Assembly (NCBI GenBank): GCA_038108555.1
Contig: JAYNIA010000001.1
Span: 102,427-166,426 of the forward strand
DNA: 64,000 bases
Reading direction: 5' to 3'
From: Nitrospinota bacterium
GTDB taxonomy: Bacteria > Nitrospinota > Nitrospinia > Nitrospinales > VA-1
Both the position numbers and the translations under genes were made by a program. Positions 9,457 through 17,804 of this stretch are shown piece after piece (the stretch's first letter is position 1; the number at the start of each line of letters is the position of its first letter). The notes beneath the pieces were generated by a model. It made no database searches, was not told the origin of the DNA, and saw nothing but the letters and a program-made list of their open reading frames with translations.

Positions 9457-9999
9457 TCAGGTAGAAGGTTTTTTAGGCGGGGCACTGGTGTGACATTGCG
9501 CTTCGAGTTCTTCCATGTTTACATCAGAGGTGTCAACCGTATCTATATTAAACTCGCAATCCTTGGCTTTAATAAAAACATCCCCATCCGAGTCAACTTT
9601 CAAAACAATCGGATTGGCTACATGCTTTCCTATCGCTGAAAATTTTTCTTTCTTTTTTGTGGTTACAGTGACTTTGATATCGCTGGCGTCTGAATTATAA
9701 AGGGTATCCACCACTTGCTGAGTACAGGGATACTGGTTTCCCTTTTGATACCAGTACACCGTGCAGCCTAAATATATCTGATCCAGAACACCGACTACGG
9801 AGGGGACAGTTTTACTGCTGTCGGCTTTGTTATCGTCTTTGGGAAATGCCGCCCAGGTAAGTGCCACCAAAGCAACGATCGCGGAAATTACTGCAACGGA
9901 CGAATTTTTCTTTTTTTTCGGGGCTTTTACAGGCGCTGTCTTCGACTTTTTTTTCCTGCGTCTTCTTGGAGTTTCCTCGTCTCTTTCTCTTCGCGCCAT
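9457..9999 (-). CDS. Single-TM membrane protein with basic N-terminus
   Basis: MARRERDEE...KKKK, one TM helix, periplasmic domain with four Cys. Confidence 0.65.
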   Translation of the reverse strand: MARRERDEETPRRRRKKKSKTAPVKAPKKKKNSSVAVISAIVALVALTWAAFPKDDNKADSSKTVPSVVGVLDQIYLGCTVYWYQKGNQYPCTQQVVDTLYNSDASDIKVTVTTKKKEKFSAIGKHVANPIVLKVDSDGDVFIKAKDCEFNIDTVDTSDVNMEELEAQCHTSAPPKKPST

Positions 10000-10123
10000 T
10001 GTCAAAAACCTGTAAGAAAATAAAGTGCAGGGGCAATTCGAACCCAACAATGGCCAGATCCTCCCCGATAGAATCTATTTTATAGTATTTTTCTAAAATT
10101 TTGAAATGGAGGGTTTTTCGCCT

Positions 10124-10600
10124 TTAAAAGCGGGCCAGCCAGATTCCCAAAAAGAGGGCGATGGTCATTAGCGCCAGTGCCATACGACTTAGACCGATCA
10201 TCTTTTTTAGCGTTTCTGGAACAAGGGATTTGTTTTTGGGATTGAGGTCAAGATCTGAAATTTGGGTCCGCAATGAAAATGTCAGGTACATACTTACGAA
10301 AAAAGCCCCCGCCACAAAAACCATTTTAATCCCAAATAGATTGTAATAGCCCGGCTTGAGTCCTGTCTGTGCGGTGTAATTCACCAGAAGAAAATAAACT
10401 CCCGTTCCCACAAGAACCAGGAGGCTTGCAAACACTGTGGGTGCCAGGTGATCCAGAATTTTATAGGAGGGAGAATCTTCGTTACGCTCCTTCTGATTTT
10501 TTTCTGCCGCAGGGAGAAAAACCAGCAAGGTATAAACAGACCCCCCGATAGCAACTACCGCTGCCATCAGATGTAAAAAAATAATGAAATTGTTTTGCAT
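10124..10600 (-). CDS. Four-TM membrane protein, CopD-like
   Basis: FLHLMAAVVAIGG first helix, LVGTG, FGIKM patterns. Confidence 0.65.
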   Translation of the reverse strand: MQNNFIIFLHLMAAVVAIGGSVYTLLVFLPAAEKNQKERNEDSPSYKILDHLAPTVFASLLVLVGTGVYFLLVNYTAQTGLKPGYYNLFGIKMVFVAGAFFVSMYLTFSLRTQISDLDLNPKNKSLVPETLKKMIGLSRMALALMTIALFLGIWLARF

Positions 10601-10612
10601 GGTTGGAGGTTT

Positions 10613-12127
10613 TTAGCGACCTTTCTCAAGGTAATTCAACAACAATCGAACTCCAAATCCTGAGGCTCCTTTACTGGTGTAGGGCCTGTCGAATCCCCAT
10701 GCAGTACCCGCTATATCGATGTGGGTCCAGGGTTGCTCCCCTGCAAATGGCTTAAGGAACGCAGCACCCATAATCGTTCCCGCCCCTACTCCCGGACTGG
10801 CAATATTTTTTAGATCGGCAATATCGCTTTTAGTGGCTTTTTCATATTCCGGCCAGAGGGGAAGCTCCCAGACCCGCTCTCCCGTAGCCTCTCCCGATGC
10901 TATTAATTTTTGAATCATTGCAGAATTATTGCCGACCACTGCAGCGGCATGATGGCCCAGGGCATGCAACACTGATCCCGTTAGGGTTGCCAGATCGATC
11001 ACTTCTTTCGGTTTAAACCGTTGCGCATATGAAAGAGCATCGGCAAGAACCAGCCTACCTTCAGCATCGGTGTTTAAAACTTCAATGGTTTTACCCGACA
11101 TGCTCGTTAAAATATCACCGGGTTTTGTGGCGCGTCCACTCGGCATATTTTCTGCCGCAGCAACAATCCCGATCACGTTGGCCTTGAGCTTCAGGTTGGA
11201 AACCAGTTGCAAGGTTGCCAGGGTGGTTGCGGCACCGGACATATCCATCTTCATCTCGTCCATACCCGCTCCGGGTTTAAGAGAAATTCCTCCGGTATCA
11301 AAGGTGATGCCTTTACCCACAATCACGGACGGAGCTTTCGATTTGGCAGCCCCTTTGTATTCGAGGATAATGAGCGCCGGGGGTTGATCACTTCCCCTTG
11401 AGACACCCAGCAGGGAACCCATACCCAGCTTTTCCATTTCCTTTTGGCCGAGAACTTTGCAGGAGATTTTATTTTTTCGCGCCATTTTCCTTGCATGGTC
11501 AGCCAGGTAAGTCGGAGTCGCAGTATTGCCCGGATGGGAGATCAGGTCACGTGCGGTGTGCACCGCGTCGATTATTTTTTCTGCACGCGAAATGGCTTTC
11601 TCCACCGATGCCTGCCGTGATTTGGATGAGACCAACAGCGTCAGTTTTTCTGTTCGGATGGGGGGATCGTCTTTTTCGTCTTTGGATTTATAGTCATCGA
11701 AATGATAAAGCGCCAGTCCGGCACCTTCAGCCAATGCCCCGGCCAATTCACCAAACAGCCCGCTCTTACCTTTGGACACGGTTTCGAAAACAGAAAGATC
11801 TGCCGAGATGGATTTGAACTTAGATTGCTCCGCCAGCTTGGCAGCGGTTCCACCCGCCCCACAAATTTTTTCCGCAGTTACATCCTTGGATTTACCTATT
11901 CCCACCAGGAGCAAGTGGGATGCACTTCCCGGACTGTTGAGCAGTAAAGTCTGCCCAGGTTTACCGGCAAACCTTTTGTTTTCAAATGCATCGCTAATAG
12001 CGCCGGAAAGTTCATCGTTGAACTTCTTAAGTGCTCCAGAAGGTTTCTTTTCTTCCAGACAAGGCAGAATCAGGCATTCGGTTTTATGTTCGAGGGATTG
12101 ATCTATCTTCTGGTTTATTTTTATCAT
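10613..12127 (-). CDS. pepA: Leucyl aminopeptidase (M17)
   Basis: VGKGITFDTGG, MKMDMSG, NTDAEGRL, IDLATLTG, HIDIAG; ATG at 12127 with AAGGCG RBS. Confidence 0.96.
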   Translation of the reverse strand: MIKINQKIDQSLEHKTECLILPCLEEKKPSGALKKFNDELSGAISDAFENKRFAGKPGQTLLLNSPGSASHLLLVGIGKSKDVTAEKICGAGGTAAKLAEQSKFKSISADLSVFETVSKGKSGLFGELAGALAEGAGLALYHFDDYKSKDEKDDPPIRTEKLTLLVSSKSRQASVEKAISRAEKIIDAVHTARDLISHPGNTATPTYLADHARKMARKNKISCKVLGQKEMEKLGMGSLLGVSRGSDQPPALIILEYKGAAKSKAPSVIVGKGITFDTGGISLKPGAGMDEMKMDMSGAATTLATLQLVSNLKLKANVIGIVAAAENMPSGRATKPGDILTSMSGKTIEVLNTDAEGRLVLADALSYAQRFKPKEVIDLATLTGSVLHALGHHAAAVVGNNSAMIQKLIASGEATGERVWELPLWPEYEKATKSDIADLKNIASPGVGAGTIMGAAFLKPFAGEQPWTHIDIAGTAWGFDRPYTSKGASGFGVRLLLNYLEKGR

Positions 12128-12438
12128 GTTCGCCTTTAAGCAAGATGGATTAGGTTTAAAGAATGAGTTTATAGTTATGACCTTTTTCAATCAACCCGAA
12201 ATTTGGACTACCCGTAGCCGTGAGCTCGTTTGCAATCAATGTTGGCCCTATTTGCTGAAATTGGACAGGATAACAGCTTTTTTCAGGTAATTTTCACCCT
12301 GTAATTTCAATAATTTCCACTTCAAAGCAGCCTTTTGAGCCCTTGCTGGGGTGGCCGAGAGCAAATCGTCTAGAAGGTTGTAAATAGGGGCCTTAAATAA
12401 GAGTCCAAAACCTTTAAAAATCAGGGCCTGTGGAAATA

Positions 12439-12467
12439 TTGACAATCGGCAGGACGATCACTAGAAT
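12439..12467 (+). promoter_or_regulatory. Sigma70-type promoter
   Basis: TTGACA-17 nt-TAGAAT, 120 nt upstream of the CDS at 12587. Confidence 0.75.
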
Positions 12468-12586
12468 GGCTGGAATTTTCAGCAGAATTATGAGAAATTG
12501 TAGCTCTCGAAAGCTGTGCATTTTGCAGCGGACCGAGTTTTCTAATACTTTAAATTTTTCAATTTTCGAATAGCAGGAGATCGTCC

Positions 12587-14419
12587 ATGGAAGTTGTAGA
12601 AGACCAACAAGATCAGGCAGTCGCTGCAGAACAGGGTCAGATAAAAATAACCGTTTGTAAGAGCCTGAGTGGTATCGCCGAAGGCGCCGAAGAGGTCTAT
12701 GCAGAGTTTGAAAAACAAATCTCCGAAATGAAGGCCAACGCAACTTTAGGTGATAAAAATTGTCAAATGGCCCAGGTGGGTTGTCGCGGATATTGCAGCC
12801 GTGACGTGCTGGTCGATGTTTATGTTCCCGGTGAAGATCGGGTCACTTACGAAAAAGTCAAGCCTGCAATGGTCAAAAACATTTTAAACGACCATATCGT
12901 AGGTGGGAAACCCTTCAAAAAAGCAGCGGCCAAACCAGACTATTACGAAACTCTGGATATGCAAACCCGTGTTGCCCTGGCACACGGCGGATCGATCGAT
13001 CCCGAAAACATTGATGATTACATCAAAGTGGGTGGATATGAGTCCCTTAAAAAAGTCCTCTCCACTATGAAACCTGAAGAGGTCATTGCAGAGGTTAAAA
13101 AATCAGGTCTACGCGGAAAAGGCGGCGGTGGATTTGTTACCGCCAACAAATGGGAAAAAGCCCGCAACGCTCCAACCGATGAAAATGGCACTCGCTATAT
13201 CATGGTTAATGGAGATGAGGGAAACCCCGCATCTTATATGGACCGTAGCGTCATGGAAGGTGCATCGCATCAGGTACTGGAGGGACTAATCATCGGTGCT
13301 TATGCCATTGGCGCAACCGAAGCCATTATCTATACCCGTTCCGACTACGCCATTGCGGTAAAAAGACTGAATATGGCCATCGAAGCAGCAAAAGAAAGAG
13401 GATTCCTCGGTGACAATATTCTCGGCTCGGGATTCGGTATCAACGTACGCGTCCACGAAGGTCTGGAAGCTTTTATCGGTGGTGAATCCACCGCATTGAT
13501 GCAATCGGTGGAAGGCAAACGTCCCTTCCCGAAAGCGCAACCTCCACAATCTTGTGAAAAAGGGTTGTGGGGAAAACCCACCGTGTTGAACAACGCAGAA
13601 ACCTGGGCAACGGTTCCTAAAATTATTGAAAAAGGTGCCGACTGGTACGCTGGCATGGGTAACGACAATGCCAACGGTTGTAAGATCTGGGCGATTTCCG
13701 GAAACATCAAATACAACGGCTTGATGGAACTGGATATGAAAACCACCTTCCGCGAAGCCATTGACGATTACTGCGGCGGTATCCAGAAGAAAAAAGATCT
13801 CAAAGTGGTTCATGTAGGGGGTGTCACCGGCGGATTCCTTCCTCCGGAAAAAGCGGACACTCCAACCGACTATGAAAGTCTGTTGGAAGCGGGTGTTTTG
13901 ATGGGACAAGCCAGTTTCGCGGCTTACGATGAATCGGCCTGTGTGATCGACCTCGCAAAATTCTCCATCGGATTCAACGAAGGCGAAACCTGTGGCAAAT
14001 GCACACCGTGTCGAATCGGCCTCACCCTAATCCGGCAAAAACTGGATGACATTTCTGAAGGTCGTGGAAAGATGGAAGATCTTGATAAGCTCCAACAGCT
14101 TTGTGAAGAGATAAGCATGTCCTCACTCTGCGGATTGGGCGAAACGGCTCCGAAAGCGATTCTGACCGGACTGAAATATTTCCGCAAAGAATACGAAAGA
14201 CACATCGTCGATCAGGTTTGTGATGCGGCACGGTGCACGGGACTCTACCGCTACGTTGTTAAAGAAGAAGATTGTGTGGCCTGTGGAGCCTGCATCAAAC
14301 CTTGTCCTACAGGCGCAATCACCGGTGGAACGCGAAAGGTGGCAGCACACATCGATATGGACCTGTGTATCAACTGCAACGCCTGCTACCAGGCTTGTGG
14401 ATTCCTGGCCATCGCCTAA
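12587..14419 (+). CDS. HydB/HndC/NuoF-like NAD(P)H-binding FMN iron-sulfur flavoprotein
   Basis: SGLRGKGGGGF, NGDEGNP, TVLNNAETW, CGKCTPC...LCGLG; N-terminal thioredoxin-like Fe-S domain and C-terminal 2x[4Fe-4S] (CVACGACIKPCP, CINCNACYQAC). Confidence 0.9.
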   Translation: MEVVEDQQDQAVAAEQGQIKITVCKSLSGIAEGAEEVYAEFEKQISEMKANATLGDKNCQMAQVGCRGYCSRDVLVDVYVPGEDRVTYEKVKPAMVKNILNDHIVGGKPFKKAAAKPDYYETLDMQTRVALAHGGSIDPENIDDYIKVGGYESLKKVLSTMKPEEVIAEVKKSGLRGKGGGGFVTANKWEKARNAPTDENGTRYIMVNGDEGNPASYMDRSVMEGASHQVLEGLIIGAYAIGATEAIIYTRSDYAIAVKRLNMAIEAAKERGFLGDNILGSGFGINVRVHEGLEAFIGGESTALMQSVEGKRPFPKAQPPQSCEKGLWGKPTVLNNAETWATVPKIIEKGADWYAGMGNDNANGCKIWAISGNIKYNGLMELDMKTTFREAIDDYCGGIQKKKDLKVVHVGGVTGGFLPPEKADTPTDYESLLEAGVLMGQASFAAYDESACVIDLAKFSIGFNEGETCGKCTPCRIGLTLIRQKLDDISEGRGKMEDLDKLQQLCEEISMSSLCGLGETAPKAILTGLKYFRKEYERHIVDQVCDAARCTGLYRYVVKEEDCVACGACIKPCPTGAITGGTRKVAAHIDMDLCINCNACYQACGFLAIA

Positions 14420-14436
14420 ATTAAACTCGTTATTTC

Positions 14437-14470
14437 AAGCCCACAAGGGAAATCCCTTGTGGGCTTTTTT
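14437..14470 (+). terminator. Rho-independent terminator
   Basis: AAGCCCACAAGGGA-AA-TCCCTTGTGGGCTT perfect stem followed by a T run. Confidence 0.92.
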
Positions 14471-14514
14471 ATTTCCCATCCTGGTAAACCTTTTAATTAA
14501 ACTTGAGGTGTATG

Positions 14515-14576
14515 CTTGACAGGCTCAGCATGACAAATTAAGAGCCAAGAAAACGTCATCCTGAGTTTATCGAAGG
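14515..14576. repeat. Degenerate inverted REP-like doublet
   Basis: CTTGACAGGCTCAGCATGAC ... GTCATCCTGAGTTTATCGAAGG are imperfect reverse complements separated by 20 nt. Confidence 0.55.
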
Positions 14577-14637
14577 ATTAAAGGTCTCTTTTTAATCCCA
14601 ACCGTGATCCTTTATTTTCCCAATAAAAGCATTTAGA

Positions 14638-15807
14638 ATGCAGACAATGAAAATCGCGATCATTCATGACTGGTTGACCGGAATGCGGGGCGGGGAAAAA
14701 TGCCTCGAGGTTTTATGCAAACTTTATCCTGAAGCAGACCTGTTCACCCTCCTCCATTTACCTGGTAAAGTTTCACCGGTGATCGAATCGCACCGCATAC
14801 ATACTTCGTTTATTCAGAACCTGCCTTTCGCCGAGTCCAAATATCGCTACTACCTTCCGCTCATGCCGTTTGCGATTGAGACTTTCGATTTAAAAGATTA
14901 CGACCTGATACTGAGCAGCAGCCATTGCGTAGCCAAAAGCGTCAAACCGGGTCCTCGAAGCCTGCATATCTGCTATTGCCATACCCCCATGCGTTATATC
15001 TGGGACCAGTTCGACCAGTACTTCGGACCGGGGAAATCCAGTTGGATTGCAGCAACCGCAATGAAATTCATCCGTGGGTGGTTGCAACGATGGGATGCAA
15101 AGACCAGCCGCAGGGTCACGCATTTCATTGCCAACTCGGCGCACGTCTTGAAACGAATCAAAAAATATTACGGCAAAGAAGCAACGGTGATTCATCCTCC
15201 CGTCGATACCGAACTGTTCACCCCGGACGAAGCAGATGTTAAGCGAGAATACTTTTTGATCGTTTCCGCATTTGCTCCCTACAAACGGCTCGACCTGGCG
15301 GTGGAAGCCTTCAACCAACTCGGCCTGCCGTTTTATGTGGTAGGACAAGGACAGGATGAAAAGCGATTGAAAGAAATGGCAAAGTCGAATATCAAATTTG
15401 AGGGCTGGCTGAATAATGACCAGATCCGCAACCATTTTTCAAAGTGTCGGGCGTTTGTGTTTTGCGGCGAAGAAGATTTTGGAATCACTTTATTGGAAGC
15501 GCAGGCGATGGGACGCCCAGTGATCGCCTATGGTTGCGGAGGAGCATTGGAAACCGTTATCCCTGACAGTCAGAGCTGGCGACCGGAGACTGGAATTCCC
15601 CAGGATGCCACGTCCCAACCCACGGGGGTATTCTTTTACGAGCAGACACCCGAAGCATTGAAAAATGCCATCCAGCATTTTGAAGCCATCGAATCCCAGT
15701 TCGATGCCAATGCCATCCGCAAACACGCCCAGCAATTCGACCTGTCTGTTTATACCGAACGCATGAAATCCTTCATCGAAGAAAAACTTGCGGGCCACGC
15801 CCGCTAG
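14638..15807 (+). CDS. GT4-family glycosyltransferase
   Basis: IAIIHDWLTGMRGGEK, CYCHTPMRYIWD, EDFGITLLEAQAMGRPVIA. Confidence 0.92.
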   Translation: MQTMKIAIIHDWLTGMRGGEKCLEVLCKLYPEADLFTLLHLPGKVSPVIESHRIHTSFIQNLPFAESKYRYYLPLMPFAIETFDLKDYDLILSSSHCVAKSVKPGPRSLHICYCHTPMRYIWDQFDQYFGPGKSSWIAATAMKFIRGWLQRWDAKTSRRVTHFIANSAHVLKRIKKYYGKEATVIHPPVDTELFTPDEADVKREYFLIVSAFAPYKRLDLAVEAFNQLGLPFYVVGQGQDEKRLKEMAKSNIKFEGWLNNDQIRNHFSKCRAFVFCGEEDFGITLLEAQAMGRPVIAYGCGGALETVIPDSQSWRPETGIPQDATSQPTGVFFYEQTPEALKNAIQHFEAIESQFDANAIRKHAQQFDLSVYTERMKSFIEEKLAGHAR

Positions 15808-15906
15808 CGTTACGCTCGATTAATCGAGGAAAAACTGCACAGTTTGGGTGATCAGTCCACAGTGGCACTTAACTCTTCAAGCAAACAAAATATTTCCCGA
15901 CCAAAC

Positions 15907-16857
15907 TCAGAACAGGCTTTTAAAAGGGGTGGAGTCCAGCAAATCTTTTGGTTCCATTTTTTTCTCCGCAGGTTGTGATGTTTCTTCTTTAGACTGCGCC
16001 TTACCCGTCAACAACCCTCTGATAATTTCAAGAATTTCAACCTGCAATTCATCCGTAGCTGGTAAATCCACATGCCCCACATCAGATGAGGACTCCCGTT
16101 GATCACATTTAATCGTTGCACTGCATTTATTAAATGAACCACTCTTTCGATAGTCAAAAGGGAAGATCTTATCGTTCTGCCATCGGTTATAAAAATAACC
16201 CACATTGGCCGGGACTTTTCTTTTTCGATTCATGCTTCGCTGCCCCGCGGGGCCCACGGCATCTATCGCCCCGAGAAACAAAACGTCGTGCTGGAGTTTG
16301 GGTGCTACCTCCATGATAGAGTCGGCTCCAAAACTATGACCGATTAAAATGACCTTCCGGTCTTTGGGTAATCCGTTAACAAATGCAGAAACTTCTTCAA
16401 TAAATTGCGAATCGGTTCCTTTCCTGACTTTCTGCATTACTTTTTCAATGATGTTTGGATTTGCAAGGGAATCTTGAATGTTGGCAAGATTCGAAAAACC
16501 ATCCATCAGGCTTCCGCTACCAGGGGAGGATGCGGCTTCCTAAATGGCCTGTTGCACGTGGGATTGAGGATTTAGGTCAACATTAAAACCCTGATCCATT
16601 CCGGAAAAACTATTCCAGGGAACGGTGTAATCGGAATAAATATCGCCCTTGAGTCCTCTCGCTTTGAGCGCCGGGAACTCAACATCCATTATCCTTAAAC
16701 CATCAATAAGGCGATGCATTCTATTGGCGCAACAATCTCCAAATCCATCCACAAGAATCACAACCGGAGGTTCTGCAGCCTTCGCGACACTCATTTGAAA
16801 AAAAGGGCTATAAAAAACAAAACAGGCAACAATGACACAACGAAGAATTGATCTCAT
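15907..16857 (-). pseudogene. Secreted alpha/beta-hydrolase-like gene interrupted by an in-frame TAG at 16540-16542
   Basis: ORFs 16540-16857 and 15907-16506 share a frame (QQAI*EAASSPGSGSLMDGF); signal peptide upstream, GHSFG nucleophile elbow downstream. Confidence 0.75.
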
Positions 16858-16991
16858 GTTTTCCTCTTTTTTTATTTGGTAAGTTTCTAAATTCTAGCTT
16901 TCTTACGGAATGTTTTCAATATTCCCCAAAACTTGCCGCTTTTCAACCCGAAGCGAAAAAAATCCAGGAAGATGAAGATAATGTGTAGAAA

Positions 16992-17143
16992 TGAATGTCG
17001 GTGATTTAAGAAGCCTTCTCGATTCTTATTCTTTTCAAGTACAGAAGTTCCATGGCGTTGGTTTTCCTTCCAAGGACATGGCGTTTGACGAACAGGTATT
17101 GCGCTGGAACAAACAGGGAAACCATGGGGACATTGGTTTCGGT
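16992..17143 (-). repeat. Diverged copy of the oppA 3' end (copy A)
   Basis: Ungapped 152-bp match to 20073-20224 (25 mismatches by hand count); translates to TETNVPMVSLFVPAQYLFVKRHVLGRKTNAMELLYLKRIRIEKAS*. Confidence 0.92.
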
Positions 17144-17222
17144 AGCAAAAAATAAAGATTTGGAGATTGTTCAACAACCCTAAGCGGTCGTCAACAAAAT
17201 ATTTTTTGTCCCCAAAATATAT

Positions 17223-17687
17223 TCAAATCCCTTCCCTCCAATCTCTTTTTGCAAGAAATTTCCCCACAAAATCGACAATAAAATCAATAACTTCTTCAGA
17301 TGAGTTAAAGTTTAAAGAGTTATGACCCAGGATGTTTCCGCTAATAGAAAAGCCTTCTCCAGAAGCATCTGGTTCGATAAACATTTCCCCCTGCATATTT
17401 TCCAAACTTTCCCCAAAACTCAAATATGCAGAGAATTCATGAACCTTCACATGAATACCCTTGTTTTCAGAATAGGTGCGCTTTAATTCGTTTAGGGCAA
17501 ATTTTAATTTAGAGAATTTTTCTGCTAATAATTTTTCATTACTATGTTTTATCCTCTCAGATTTTTCCTGCTCGTCTTTGAGACGGTCTATTTCTTTATT
17601 CTTGGCTAACTCAATTCTTTTTATTATAGAAATATCCTTTTTGTCCACGTCAACCTTACTTTCGTCAGGGTCAATTCTTTTCCCCAT
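17223..17687 (-). CDS. Hypothetical protein with coiled-coil N-terminal half
   Basis: 154-aa ORF with a charged helical N-terminus, divergent from the ATPase gene. Confidence 0.6.
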   Translation of the reverse strand: MGKRIDPDESKVDVDKKDISIIKRIELAKNKEIDRLKDEQEKSERIKHSNEKLLAEKFSKLKFALNELKRTYSENKGIHVKVHEFSAYLSFGESLENMQGEMFIEPDASGEGFSISGNILGHNSLNFNSSEEVIDFIVDFVGKFLAKRDWREGI

Positions 17688-17804
17688 TGTCTTTTGGTTT
17701 ATCGCTTAGTTTTATCGCCTATTTTCATCCCATTTTATGTTATTTTTATTTACAACTTCAACAAGAGCAAAGCGGGATTAACAACATTAATCAACTAAAA
17801 TATT

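Noticed and set aside
12330..12381. Possible nested hairpin between pepA and the HydB-like gene
   Set aside because: Stems are short, it lies upstream of the mapped promoter and matches no RNA family I recognise
12587..14419. Complex I nuoF gene symbol
   Set aside because: Extra Fe-S domains, HydB-like motifs and no nuo operon context
15773..15840. Short echo of the GT4 gene end (ATCGAAGAAAAACT / ATCGAGGAAAAACT) and palindrome CTCGATTAATCGAG
   Set aside because: Too short to distinguish from chance in this base composition
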